This document shows, piece by piece, positions 9,074-18,873 of a DNA stretch of 64,000 nucleotides. Source of the DNA: Bacilli bacterium (lineage in GTDB: Bacteria; Bacillota_I; Bacilli_A; RFN20; CAG-826); contig JAGCCQ010000050.1 in NCBI GenBank assembly GCA_017651565.1, positions 1,918 to 65,917 of the forward strand, read 5' to 3'. Made by a program: the position numbers and the translations under genes. The notes below the pieces were generated by a model. The model was not told the origin of the DNA, searched no databases, and was given only the letters and a program-made list of their open reading frames with translations. Position 1 is the first letter of the stretch; every line of letters begins with the position of its first letter.

Positions 9074-11815
9074 ATGAGATTAATTAATAAGAGTTTAACT
9101 GAAAGCATTTATTCCAACTTAAATCGTAGCGAGAGTTTAACTGAAGGAAAGAAATATATTTTACAGTATTGGGCTGACGAATACTCAAGAGACCAAGGTT
9201 TCTCTGAAATAGAGTATATTAATGCCACAGACGATGAGGACGCAGTAGCAAAAGCAAGAGAGATCTATTATGATAACTATTGGGCTTCTTGCGAACTTGG
9301 TAGACCAGGAGATAAGGAAGTATCAGATCCTATCTTTGGTATCTACGGTAAGAAAGAAGAAAGATGGGATAAGAAACCAGCAAATGAGAGCGTAGTTGTA
9401 ACAGCAGGTAGTACTTCTGTTGTATCTGATGAGTCAGGTGTTGTTGTGTCTGATAATAACACAACTATATCTGTATCTGGTGGGGCTTCTGTTGATATAG
9501 ATAACTCAATGCCAGAACCAATGCCTGTAGAAGATCCAATGACTACTGATCTAGGAGATATTCCTGGAGAAGATATGAAAGAGGAAGGAACTGACGAAGA
9601 AGAGACAGAAGAAACTGAAGAGGAAGAAGAAGTAATAGAACCTAGCGAAGAGTTAATCGAACCTGAAGAAGAGGAAGAAGAAAAACTAGAAGAAAACGCT
9701 GGAGATCCAAACAGTACTGTTGAAATATTTAAAAACCCAGACTATGATTATAAAATTACTGATATAACTGAACTTGATAATGTTGATGTTGGAGATGTGA
9801 GAAGTATTGATATGTTCTCAATACTTAATAATCTAGAAGAAGGACTTACAGCAAAGTATGGTACTGATAAGTGGGGACTTTTAAATACATATCAAACTAG
9901 GCAAGGAAGAGATAAGAAGACAAACGAAAGTTATGCCTCTGCTCTTTTAGATATATCTATTCCAAAAAGAGGACTTAAAGAAGAACTAAATACTGTCTTA
10001 ACTGTTGAAGTTATTGGAAATAGAAAGTTAAAAGAGTGTGTTGTTAAAGACGCAAGATATAATAAAAGAATAGAAAGATTTTGTGGTAAAACTAATAACC
10101 CAGCAAAGTTTTTAGAAGGTGTTATTGTAGACTTAATCAATAATCGTGGAACATCTGGGCTAGTAAAATATAAACCTATGTCTGAAGATGTTAGATCTTT
10201 AAAGGAACAAGTAGCAGATGAAGCTTATGAAATTGCAGATATAATTGATAAGAACGCAGAAGCAAGAGCACAAGTAAATAAAAAGGGAGACCAAATATTA
10301 CGCTGGAACGATTTTGACGAAGAGTTTATATTGGCTTGTAAAAAAGTATTTGGACTTAAAGATAAAGATTTAGATAATTTCTATGATGGAAACTTTCTAG
10401 CAGATAAGTATAAAGATCATCCATATAGTGGTTGTGAAGATATTAATGAACTAGAAAACACTGTAAGAGGTATCCTAGGACTAAATGGTTGGGAAACAAT
10501 TTGGGAAAGTGAAGACGATAACGATATTTACGAAGGAGACCTTGTTGCTAGAAATTGGGATGAATATAAACTAGACGATACAGGAAGAATAGTTAAAGAA
10601 GATGTTAACTTCCTTGTTAATAAAAAACCATTTAGTGATAAAGGTGTTAACTTTGCAGATGGTAGAGCAATCGAAAAAGATGAAAAAAGACAAAAAGCAC
10701 ATCTTAAAGATCGTAAGAGACTTGGTAAAACAGTTAAGACTTTTAAAGTTGAAAAGGAACCAGATCAAAAGAATACAAGAGGAAAAGAAATCTCAAAGAT
10801 TTCCGACATTGTTGTCAAAGAAGGATGTGACGGGAAAACTCCCAGGGGAAAGAAAGATAAGAAGAATATAGAAGAAAATGTAAATGAAGAAGCAGAGCGT
10901 ATTATGTTAACGCCTGTTGAAAACTTTGATTATATTGATCCGTATGGTATCTATTATAAAGACGATAATGGAAATCTTTATAAGTCAGATAGTAATGGTA
11001 CTGAATTATATATCTGTACTAAATCTGGAGAACCTATGGAGGCAGTAGATACTTCTAGTTATATCCTTGGGGATAAGGCTTTAAATGAAGGTAATGATAA
11101 ACCATTTCTTAAAAATAAAGAAACAGGGGAAACTTACACTTTAGAAGAAGTTAAAGATAAATGGAGAGAACAGATAGAAGATTGGCAAGGAACAAATATG
11201 GAAACAACTGAAGAGAATTATCCATTTGAAATGTATCTTTCTGATATTGACGGCTTACAAGAATATGAGTTTTTACAAGAAAAAGATTTAGTTGGTAAGA
11301 AAAAACCAATTAAAGAAGCAAAAGGTCTTTTAGATGATGAGGAAGACGAAGAAGAAGTTACTAGTGAAGTTAGTGACGAAGAATTAGTTGATACAGATTC
11401 AGAATTAGACGAAGGAACAACAGAGGTAGCAATATTCCATAGAAAACCAGCAAGTGTTGATACAATGAAACAAGCAGAGGAAAACGGTATCACTGTTAAT
11501 AAGTCAAACTATAAAATTATCGGAACTAAAGAACTAACTAATGAAGAGTTTGAAGATTTCTCAAAACACTTAACATCAAAAGGATATGATTGGTTAAAGT
11601 CTATGTATAAGGTAGAAGATAACTCTGGTATATTCAACTGTATAGAAGTTATTAATAAAGATGATGATACAGCAACAAAACTATTAGTTGATCCAAACGG
11701 ATATGATTATGGTAGATATGTAGCATTTGAAAAAGATCAAATCGAAGAGCCTGTTGAGGCTGAAGAAGAAATAAGTGTTGAAGAAGAACCTATAGAAGAT
11801 ATTAAGGAAGAGTAA
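9074..11815 (+). CDS. Multi-module polyprotein, putative head internal/core protein
   Basis: ATG 9074 after GGAGG; leader MRLINKSLTESIYSNLNRSESLTE|G; many LxE sites; Glu-rich tracts. The C-terminal FHRKP...LVDPNGYDYGRY module resembles DUF6329 (recalled, not searched). Confidence 0.7.
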   Translation: MRLINKSLTESIYSNLNRSESLTEGKKYILQYWADEYSRDQGFSEIEYINATDDEDAVAKAREIYYDNYWASCELGRPGDKEVSDPIFGIYGKKEERWDKKPANESVVVTAGSTSVVSDESGVVVSDNNTTISVSGGASVDIDNSMPEPMPVEDPMTTDLGDIPGEDMKEEGTDEEETEETEEEEEVIEPSEELIEPEEEEEEKLEENAGDPNSTVEIFKNPDYDYKITDITELDNVDVGDVRSIDMFSILNNLEEGLTAKYGTDKWGLLNTYQTRQGRDKKTNESYASALLDISIPKRGLKEELNTVLTVEVIGNRKLKECVVKDARYNKRIERFCGKTNNPAKFLEGVIVDLINNRGTSGLVKYKPMSEDVRSLKEQVADEAYEIADIIDKNAEARAQVNKKGDQILRWNDFDEEFILACKKVFGLKDKDLDNFYDGNFLADKYKDHPYSGCEDINELENTVRGILGLNGWETIWESEDDNDIYEGDLVARNWDEYKLDDTGRIVKEDVNFLVNKKPFSDKGVNFADGRAIEKDEKRQKAHLKDRKRLGKTVKTFKVEKEPDQKNTRGKEISKISDIVVKEGCDGKTPRGKKDKKNIEENVNEEAERIMLTPVENFDYIDPYGIYYKDDNGNLYKSDSNGTELYICTKSGEPMEAVDTSSYILGDKALNEGNDKPFLKNKETGETYTLEEVKDKWREQIEDWQGTNMETTEENYPFEMYLSDIDGLQEYEFLQEKDLVGKKKPIKEAKGLLDDEEDEEEVTSEVSDEELVDTDSELDEGTTEVAIFHRKPASVDTMKQAEENGITVNKSNYKIIGTKELTNEEFEDFSKHLTSKGYDWLKSMYKVEDNSGIFNCIEVINKDDDTATKLLVDPNGYDYGRYVAFEKDQIEEPVEAEEEISVEEEPIEDIKEE

Positions 11816-11830
11816 TCTTCCTTTTTATTT
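11804..11830 (+). terminator. Intrinsic terminator
   Basis: AAGGAAGA-GTAA-TCTTCCTT followed by a T-tract. Confidence 0.8.
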
Positions 11831-11884
11831 TGCCAATATTTGCCAATTATTTTTTGTTGACTTTAGAACTTACTATGATAAAAT
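11830..11884 (+). promoter_or_regulatory. SigmaA-type promoter with upstream TNCCA-N5-TNCCA box
   Basis: TTGACT(11857)-16 nt-TAAAAT with a TG extension; TGCCA-ATATT-TGCCA at 11831. Confidence 0.65.
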
Positions 11885-11902
11885 ATTCTTAAGGAGGTAT
11901 TT

Positions 11903-12421
11903 ATGGGAGAGTTAGAAGAAATGTTAAACGAAACAACTTTGACTAATGACGCTCAACCAATGAACGCAGAAGTTGAAGTAAATGTTATTAAGGAAGAGTC
12001 ACAGGAAGAACAAGTTTTAAAAAATGAGATTAAGGTTGAAAGCGAACATAAAAATCTGTATTTATTAAAAGAAGCAGAGGATGACGCTTTTAGAACTTTA
12101 GGTATTTATTTAGACAATGACTTTGAAAGAGAACTTGCTGATGATATAGAACTTTTAGAGCAAGTTAAAGAAAGAATTGAAACAAAGAAAGCCGAGATCA
12201 AAAAGTTTATTGAAGACAATCAGTTGGCTAGTTTTAAAACGAACTTACTTAATATTAAGTATGTATCAGCAACAACAACTACTTCAATAGATTCAGCAAG
12301 ATTAAAGAAAGAAATGCCTGAAATCGCAGCTAAATATAGCAAGGTTGGGGCTCGTAGTTCTTCAGTTTCAATAGACATATTAGAAATGCCTAAATTAGCC
12401 GAAGAAATTATTGATCTATAA
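11903..12421 (+). CDS. Hypothetical phage protein
   Basis: 172 aa, AGGAGG RBS; the C-terminal SIDSARLKKEMPEIAAKY motif is common in small phage proteins. Confidence 0.7.
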   Translation: MGELEEMLNETTLTNDAQPMNAEVEVNVIKEESQEEQVLKNEIKVESEHKNLYLLKEAEDDAFRTLGIYLDNDFERELADDIELLEQVKERIETKKAEIKKFIEDNQLASFKTNLLNIKYVSATTTTSIDSARLKKEMPEIAAKYSKVGARSSSVSIDILEMPKLAEEIIDL

Positions 12422-12431
12422 AAGGTACTTT

Positions 12432-12508
12432 TCAGCCCCGTACACGAAGTTTTTAATATTATAGTGTATTTTATTGATATAGTATTAAAACTCGTTGTAT
12501 GAGGCTGA
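12432..12508 (+). other. Long imperfect intergenic hairpin (about 29 bp stem with G-U pairs)
   Basis: TCAGCCCCGTACACGAAGTTTTTAATATTATA pairs with TATAGTATTAAAACTCGTTGTATGAGGCTGA. Confidence 0.65.
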
Positions 12509-12529
12509 TTTTTAGTTAAGGAGGTATAT

Positions 12530-12907
12530 ATGGATAAAAGGTTATGTTATATTGAAAGAGTAGGAGATTGGATGGATGTATTTCAGTTATATTTTACTGA
12601 TAATCTAGTAGATCAGTGGGGAGACGATTGGAACGATACACCAGCCGTAAGTAATGCTGAATCTCCTTATGAAGACGAGACACATCATATTGAGTCTATG
12701 TTTATAAAATTAGATTATTCTTACAACTTTATCTTTGGAGGAGAAAGTTATTCAGTTGAACTTTTAAATCAAAGAATTGCTTGTTGGTTTGTAATAGAAA
12801 AGGAAAAAGAAAAAACACTGATACAGGGTGGGGAAACAATGGAAGAGGTTGTTACAAGTCTAGCCAAGATTGGAATACCTTGTTTTATACAATATAAAGG
12901 AGAATAG
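12530..12907 (+). CDS. Conserved-looking phage hypothetical protein
   Basis: QWGDDWNDTP...NAESPY motif; GGAGG RBS. Confidence 0.7.
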   Translation: MDKRLCYIERVGDWMDVFQLYFTDNLVDQWGDDWNDTPAVSNAESPYEDETHHIESMFIKLDYSYNFIFGGESYSVELLNQRIACWFVIEKEKEKTLIQGGETMEEVVTSLAKIGIPCFIQYKGE

Positions 12908-12909
12908 AA

Positions 12910-14349
12910 ATGCAAGTATTAAGTGAAAAAGAACCGTTAGAGGTTTATGTTAATGCAAGTGAAATAGCTAATAGAGCCGTAGCACACACGCTAGGACCTG
13001 CAGGAACAAATACAGCAGTAGTTAATAAAAAAGGAAGTCACGATATAATTAATGATGGTTATACAATACTTTCTAAACTAACTAGTCTTGATCCAGCAGA
13101 AGCAGAGGCACTTGAGACTTTAAAGTTAGCCTCTTTTGAAACAAATAGAAGAGCAGGAGATGGAACAACATCAACAACGATACTAACTTATAGGTTGTTG
13201 TCGGGTGCAAAGAAGTACCTGGAGGATAATAATATAACTAAAGTTAAGTTAAGAGATGTTATAGAAGAGGCAAGAGATTTCTATATAGATTTACTTCACT
13301 CTTCTTTCTCTAATAAGATTGAAGATAAGGACTATGAGAATATAGCGAAAGTATCTTTAGGTAGTGTTAAGTATGCCTCAACTATTGCTGAAGCATATCG
13401 TTTCTTACCCGAAGGGTTAAGACCTAGTGTTGTAAGAAGTGATATTCAAGATGTGATGATTGAAAAGAAAGACGGTGTTGTACTAGATAAAGTTGAGTTA
13501 ATAGTACCAGCCGATATGTTTGATAAAGGTCCAAAGGAATATGTGGACTCTGATGTATACTTAATATATGATAAGTTAGATAGGTGGAACCAAATATCTC
13601 CACTTGTAGAGCAAATCATAAGATTAAAAAGAAAAGCAGTTTTATTCTATAATGAATTATCTATGGATATATTACAAAATATTCAATATCAAATAGTTAA
13701 AGGTTATGCTGATATAATACCAATAAGGCTTGGTTGTCTTGGTGTAAACACAAGAAGTGTTATGAACCAATTAGCACTTTATACTAATACTACTTTAATA
13801 GATGGTGTTGAAGTAAGACTTCCAAAAGCTTTATCTCAAATAAATATAGGAAAGATTGATTACTTATTACTTTCTCCTGATACAGTAATTTTAAATAATA
13901 AAGATTTTACTGATATAGATAAGATAACATTACCAACTAGAAGTTGTGTTATTCGTGTCGGAGGAATAAATAACTCTGCTATGGAAGAGAATTATAGAAG
14001 AATTGAAGACGCAGTTAATAGTTTGGGTAATGCAATAGAAAGTGGTATCTCCGTAGGTGCTGGTGTAACTTATCAAAGACTTGCTGGAGTTGACGAGAAG
14101 ATACCAGAGTTTATAAGAGAGTCAATGGAAAGTATTTATAGACAAATAATTAAGAATATTACGGGTAGTGATGTTATTGATGAAGATACTGATGGTCTTA
14201 TTATTGATAAAAGTGGAGAATACACCCTAGTAGAGAAGTTAGAGATATTTGACGCAACTAAAGTTATAGAGCAAGTTATCTTAAATGCTTTTAGTCTAGT
14301 GGCTCAAATAGTAACAACTGATATTATGATTATAGAAAATGTCAGATAA
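12910..14349 (+). CDS. groEL: Phage chaperonin, GroEL/Cpn60-like
   Basis: TLGPAG, INDGYTI, AGDGTTSTT (ATP-binding), IEDAVNS...GAG motifs; 479 aa. Confidence 0.9.
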   Translation: MQVLSEKEPLEVYVNASEIANRAVAHTLGPAGTNTAVVNKKGSHDIINDGYTILSKLTSLDPAEAEALETLKLASFETNRRAGDGTTSTTILTYRLLSGAKKYLEDNNITKVKLRDVIEEARDFYIDLLHSSFSNKIEDKDYENIAKVSLGSVKYASTIAEAYRFLPEGLRPSVVRSDIQDVMIEKKDGVVLDKVELIVPADMFDKGPKEYVDSDVYLIYDKLDRWNQISPLVEQIIRLKRKAVLFYNELSMDILQNIQYQIVKGYADIIPIRLGCLGVNTRSVMNQLALYTNTTLIDGVEVRLPKALSQINIGKIDYLLLSPDTVILNNKDFTDIDKITLPTRSCVIRVGGINNSAMEENYRRIEDAVNSLGNAIESGISVGAGVTYQRLAGVDEKIPEFIRESMESIYRQIIKNITGSDVIDEDTDGLIIDKSGEYTLVEKLEIFDATKVIEQVILNAFSLVAQIVTTDIMIIENVR

Positions 14350-14384
14350 TGGTTGGTAATTTTTAACAAAATGAAAAAATTGGT

Positions 14385-14422
14385 AAAAGTTTGGGACAAG
14401 CCCAAACTTTTTATGTTATAAT
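14385..14422 (+). terminator. Terminator hairpin overlapping an extended -10 element
   Basis: AAAAGTTTGGG-ACAAG-CCCAAACTTTT, then TG-T-TATAAT at 14414-14422. Confidence 0.65.
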
Positions 14423-14508
14423 TTTTTTAGACACACAGTTAGGCATAGGAAGGAGGTTATAGTAGATACTGTTGTGCTGTTAAGTTTGTATGATATAGGA
14501 GACTAAAT

Positions 14509-15180
14509 ATGCTAGAAGAACTTAATAATGCAAGAGTGGAGGGGTTAACTTTTATAGAGTTTCAGCCAAGACTAATGGACTTTGTGTCAAGGTTTGTTAG
14601 AGATAAGTTTAAAAGTTTTTCATATCTTAAGTATTACTTTGGAATTAGTCCTGAAGATGTTGAAAGCCAAGTATATGTTAAGTTATGTAATAGGAAGACA
14701 GCTGATACTTTAAGTAATTTAGAAAGATATTTTATATCTGCTAGTAAATGTGGGTTATCGTATCTATCTAATGTGTTAAGAAGGGTAGTTAGTAGTGTAT
14801 TTATTGATATTAAGAGGTCAGTTGATAAAGGTAAGTATTCACACACATTATTTAGTGAAGAGGTACCTGATGTAATTGATACTTATGATTACTTTCAAGA
14901 TATTTCATATAGAGATATTTTAGATCTAGTCCCAGATCTTTATGTCGAGGAACTCTATATGAAGACACCACGATATTATGGAGTATATAACAGTAAGATA
15001 CTACTTGAGTTATTACTAGATGGGTATTCAATAAAGGAAATATCTAAAATGGTTTTCTTGAAAGATGGTAGTAATGTTAATAGTAATTATATTAGTAGCG
15101 ACTTAAGTAACCTAAAGAAGAGGTATATAGTAGAAATAGGGAGATGTGTTAATGGATATAAAAGTAAAACTAAAGAATAA
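14509..15180 (+). CDS. Divergent sigma-factor-like protein
   Basis: EDVESQVYVKL...YLSNVLRRVVSSVFIDIKR is region-2-like; LLLDGYSIKEISKM is a region-4-like HTH. Confidence 0.5.
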   Translation: MLEELNNARVEGLTFIEFQPRLMDFVSRFVRDKFKSFSYLKYYFGISPEDVESQVYVKLCNRKTADTLSNLERYFISASKCGLSYLSNVLRRVVSSVFIDIKRSVDKGKYSHTLFSEEVPDVIDTYDYFQDISYRDILDLVPDLYVEELYMKTPRYYGVYNSKILLELLLDGYSIKEISKMVFLKDGSNVNSNYISSDLSNLKKRYIVEIGRCVNGYKSKTKE

Positions 15181-15433
15181 AAATATCATTGTATCAGAGT
15201 TAACAGATGACTTATATGTTGATAATATTGTATTAATGTATGATGATGAAAGTCCTTATATGTTTTGTAAGGTAAAGAGTGTTGACTCAAGTATTACTGA
15301 TATTGAACCAGGAGATATTCTTGTTGTAAGAAGATATGCAAAAGAAGAGTTTATCTCTAATTTATATTTTGTTGCAGAACAAGATGTAAGATGTATAATT
15401 AAAGAAGAAGAGTATGAGAGATTAATAAGTTAA
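15152..15433 (+). CDS. groES: Co-chaperonin, GroES/Cpn10-like
   Basis: About 93 aa; KVKSV...IEPGDILVVRRY..E....YFVAEQDV follows the GroES pattern; near the GroEL-like gene. Confidence 0.65.
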   Translation: MDIKVKLKNKNIIVSELTDDLYVDNIVLMYDDESPYMFCKVKSVDSSITDIEPGDILVVRRYAKEEFISNLYFVAEQDVRCIIKEEEYERLIS

Positions 15434-15444
15434 GAGGTAAGAGT

Positions 15445-15885
15445 ATGGAAGAGATAAAGACAGAAGGAAAAGATTATGAAGAAGAGGTTAGACTATCAGC
15501 ACTTGTTATAAAGTATTTATGTGCCATAATGAACGAGGAAGAAGATATAGAGGCTTATAGTGATAAAACACCAGAGGAAACAGTTGATATATGGAACTCA
15601 ATTTTAGCAAGATACCCAGATAATACTATGGCTAGTCTTGATCCAATGTATACAATATTAGGACAAGTTTGTATGAACGGATATAAAACATTTGGGATAG
15701 ACTTTTTAAAGGTATTAGTTAATAGAAAAGACGAAACACCAAAGTTATGTATTAAAGGTTTAATAGATTACATTGATAACCTATTAGTACAAAATGAGTT
15801 TATAGCACTTGATAGTTTACCAGAAGAAGAAAGAGAAAAAGTAATGAGAGATTTTTTAAGTTTAAGTAATGAGGAGGAAAAATAA
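15445..15885 (+). CDS. Hypothetical protein
   Basis: 146 aa ORF with RBS. Confidence 0.65.
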   Translation: MEEIKTEGKDYEEEVRLSALVIKYLCAIMNEEEDIEAYSDKTPEETVDIWNSILARYPDNTMASLDPMYTILGQVCMNGYKTFGIDFLKVLVNRKDETPKLCIKGLIDYIDNLLVQNEFIALDSLPEEEREKVMRDFLSLSNEEEK

Positions 15886-15886
15886 T

Positions 15887-16888
15887 ATGAATCTTGAAGA
15901 AGAACTAAATATGTTAGGAACAACAACTGAAGAAACAGTAGGAACAACAGGAGTAGTTAGTAATGAACTACCACAACCACAACTTGCCACAGTTAGTGAG
16001 TTGCAAACAGCAGTGGCTCAACCAATGATGGCTCAACCAACAATGCAACCAGCTATGGTTAACCCAAATGTGGCACAACAATCAGTAGATAATTTTAATT
16101 TAAGTATATCTACTGTAGATTTAAGTAAACCATTACCAGGTTTTAACCCACTTAAAAAGTTAACAGGACAAAATGGGGATACATTTAGAATACATTTACT
16201 ACCAGGTTTTCAACCAACAAGAGTGCGTATCCATTGGGATCAAGAAAAGCAACATAGTTTCCTATGCCTAACTGACGCTTATGGGACAGAAGATGGAACA
16301 GAAGGTTGCTGTATAACACACGGAAACCCAAAAATAAGATATTTGATACCTGTAGTTGTAATACCATCACAAAATGGTAGAGTACAAGTACAACCTGGAG
16401 TATTATTAAACGGAGAATTAAAAATATTAATTCTTTCAGGAAAACAGTTAGAAACACTTAAGAGTCAAGCAGAAGTTTTACAAACAACATTAGAGCAAGT
16501 TGATCTAATCGCTCAAATGCAAGAGGCTAAATATAGAACATTTAACTTTACAGTAGATACAACTTCATTTATTACACAAGTTTCTAATGTGGCACAATTA
16601 CAAAATGAATATCAAGTAAATGCAACTGAAAAGAACCTTATTGGTGTTGTAGGAAGATTAATCACAAGAGATGTATATAAGTCAGCATATTCTGATTATG
16701 ACTATAAAAAATACATTACGAAAGATAATTCTAATGCGAATAATACACCAACACAGGCTCCTGTTATGTATCAACAACCAGGACAATATCCACAACCACA
16801 AATGTATCAACAACAAGTACAACCACAAATGTATCAACAAATGCAACCACAACAAGAGCCTTATGGTAGTAACCCATTAGGGTATTAA
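15887..16888 (+). CDS. Putative gp32-like single-stranded DNA-binding protein with Gln/Pro-rich termini
   Basis: FRIHLLP...HW...FLC...CC...RYLIPVV core (His/Cys zinc ligands as in gp32-type SSBs); QPQMYQQ repeats; ATG 15887 after GAGGAGG. Confidence 0.55.
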   Translation: MNLEEELNMLGTTTEETVGTTGVVSNELPQPQLATVSELQTAVAQPMMAQPTMQPAMVNPNVAQQSVDNFNLSISTVDLSKPLPGFNPLKKLTGQNGDTFRIHLLPGFQPTRVRIHWDQEKQHSFLCLTDAYGTEDGTEGCCITHGNPKIRYLIPVVVIPSQNGRVQVQPGVLLNGELKILILSGKQLETLKSQAEVLQTTLEQVDLIAQMQEAKYRTFNFTVDTTSFITQVSNVAQLQNEYQVNATEKNLIGVVGRLITRDVYKSAYSDYDYKKYITKDNSNANNTPTQAPVMYQQPGQYPQPQMYQQQVQPQMYQQMQPQQEPYGSNPLGY

Positions 16889-16892
16889 AAAG

Positions 16893-16916
16893 AGCCCTCT
16901 TAATTGAGGGCTTCTT
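16893..16916 (+). terminator. Probable terminator hairpin
   Basis: AGCCCTC-TTAATT-GAGGGCT-TCTT. Confidence 0.6.
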
Positions 16917-16931
16917 AACTATGGAGGTTAT

Positions 16932-17414
16932 ATGACAAATAATATTATAATTTCACTAACTATAATAAACACGCTTTTAATCTTTTATATTTTAGTTAGT
17001 GATAAACTAAAAGAATTACACAATAAGAAAAAGGTTAATGCTAATATAAGTGCTATATCAACACTTGCAGAGCAGAAAGAAAAAGACGATCAACAGATAG
17101 AGCAAACAAAAGAAATGACACAGATTGATGAATATATGAATTACTTAAGAGACTTTATAGAAGTTTCTCGAAGTAAAAAGAGATTAAACTCAATAGATAA
17201 GCAAAATATTTTATGCCGTACAGTACAAGCAGTACCTCTATTCTCTAAATATATAGAGATTGACGCTTTCTTTAATGTAGAGGAGATACCACAAAAGCCA
17301 AAGGAAAAAGATTTACTTAATATGTTAGAGTCATCTTATAATGATTTTACAAAGGATAACCTAGAAGGTTTTAATATGATACTTTCTATAGTTATGATCT
17401 TGAGAGGTATCTAA
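16932..17414 (+). CDS. Hypothetical protein with N-terminal transmembrane segment
   Basis: Hydrophobic IIISLTIINTLLIFYILV. Confidence 0.65.
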   Translation: MTNNIIISLTIINTLLIFYILVSDKLKELHNKKKVNANISAISTLAEQKEKDDQQIEQTKEMTQIDEYMNYLRDFIEVSRSKKRLNSIDKQNILCRTVQAVPLFSKYIEIDAFFNVEEIPQKPKEKDLLNMLESSYNDFTKDNLEGFNMILSIVMILRGI

Positions 17415-18031
17415 TGAACTTTTTAGGACTTGATCCATCATTATCGGCTTTTGGTATTGCAATAATTGATACTGATAGAAAAGAGATAATTTTAGACCAA
17501 TTTAAGTCAGACGATCATCATAACTTTGTGTTTATGTGCTGGGCTGTAAAGAACCTACTTAATGATTTTATATCTAAATATTCAAGGTATTTAAGTGCTT
17601 CACTTTTCATAGCACAGGAGTCGCCTATCGCCTCTGGAATAAACTCTGGAAAGTTAAACGCTTTAGGTTTTTGTTTTTATTCAGAACTAGGAAGGATAAG
17701 TAGTTATAGTAGAATAAATACATATCTTCCATTAAGATTAAAACAGTTTCATAAAAAAAGAGGAATAAAGAAGTATTGTAAAAAGGACACAATGGATGTA
17801 GTAGAAGAGATACTAAAGGAGTTTGAGTCCTATGGCTATACAGTTAACATAGTTTATTCAAGAACTAAAAAAGAGGTTAATATAACAGATGGAGAAGCTG
17901 ACGCTTTTATGTACGCTCTTAAAAACTTTACTGATTGGAGTAAAGACGAATTATCTATTAAGTTAAAAGAAAAATATCCATTAGATGTGTTTACATCTAT
18001 CGAGGGAGGTGTTTACTATGACAAAGGTTAA
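17414..18031 (+). CDS. ruvC: RuvC-like Holliday junction resolvase
   Basis: FLGLDPSLSAFGIAII, QESP and DGEADAF catalytic motifs. Confidence 0.75.
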   Translation: MNFLGLDPSLSAFGIAIIDTDRKEIILDQFKSDDHHNFVFMCWAVKNLLNDFISKYSRYLSASLFIAQESPIASGINSGKLNALGFCFYSELGRISSYSRINTYLPLRLKQFHKKRGIKKYCKKDTMDVVEEILKEFESYGYTVNIVYSRTKKEVNITDGEADAFMYALKNFTDWSKDELSIKLKEKYPLDVFTSIEGGVYYDKG

Positions 18032-18419
18032 GAAAGCATATAGGTTAACATATCAAGACGAGAATAGATTTAAAGGACTATTCAACACTTTGCGTAAATA
18101 TAATATGTTGGCTTATAAGCAGTTTGTTTTTAATTATCTACCAGAGTTACGAAAAGGAAATCTAGTAGGTAGTAAGGTTAATGATACTACTTATAGACTA
18201 CCTCTTTCGTCAGATAATCTTTTTGAGTTTGTTTATGGTGCTACTTTTATAGAGTATACAGTTAACGATAATATTATTACTATAACTGATATTGAACCAC
18301 AAAGATTTTTGTTTGAAGGTAGAAGAAGAGCATTGGAGTCTTATAAGGGTTGTCCTTATATTTCTACCAAGGAAAGATTTTTAATAGACTTTTACTATCA
18401 AACACATAGGGAGGAATAA
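18018..18419 (+). CDS. Hypothetical protein
   Basis: ATG 18018 after GGAGG. Confidence 0.65.
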   Translation: MTKVKKAYRLTYQDENRFKGLFNTLRKYNMLAYKQFVFNYLPELRKGNLVGSKVNDTTYRLPLSSDNLFEFVYGATFIEYTVNDNIITITDIEPQRFLFEGRRRALESYKGCPYISTKERFLIDFYYQTHREE

Positions 18420-18420
18420 G

Positions 18421-18873
18421 ATGGAGACAGTAATTTGGTGTATACTTCTATTTATAACGGGATCTTGTGCTATATTCTTTTATAGAGAGTGGAGAGAACT
18501 TTCTGGTATAGTTGTTAATAAAGAAGACTTTATGGACGGTGCTATGCTTAAACAAGTTGAGGACGCTTATGGATCTATTGTAAAGTTTGTAGAAGCACAT
18601 AATACTGATTTCGATATATTTAGAAGTAATACGCTAGTTTTTATAGCAAGGTTAACACATTTAAGAGATGGAATTAAAAAGGTATTACCTAATATTAAAG
18701 ACGAAGATTTTAAGGCTACGCTAACAGTTATTAAAGATACACTTGATAAACAAATAGAAGATATGACTAATTTTTTAGAAGATGAGTTAAAAGCACATCA
18801 TCCTGGAACAGAGTCAATCACTAATATACTAGAAGAGTTATCCGATAGTACAAAGGAGCATAATTTCTTTTGA
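18421..18873 (+). CDS. Hypothetical membrane-anchored protein
   Basis: N-terminal hydrophobic helix; GGAGG RBS. Confidence 0.65.
   Translation: METVIWCILLFITGSCAIFFYREWRELSGIVVNKEDFMDGAMLKQVEDAYGSIVKFVEAHNTDFDIFRSNTLVFIARLTHLRDGIKKVLPNIKDEDFKATLTVIKDTLDKQIEDMTNFLEDELKAHHPGTESITNILEELSDSTKEHNFF

Noticed and set aside
14430-14482. Possible riboswitch or tRNA-like element upstream of the 14509 gene
   Set aside because: Only a weak ACACACAGT/ACTGTTGTG pairing; no recognisable aptamer or cloverleaf.
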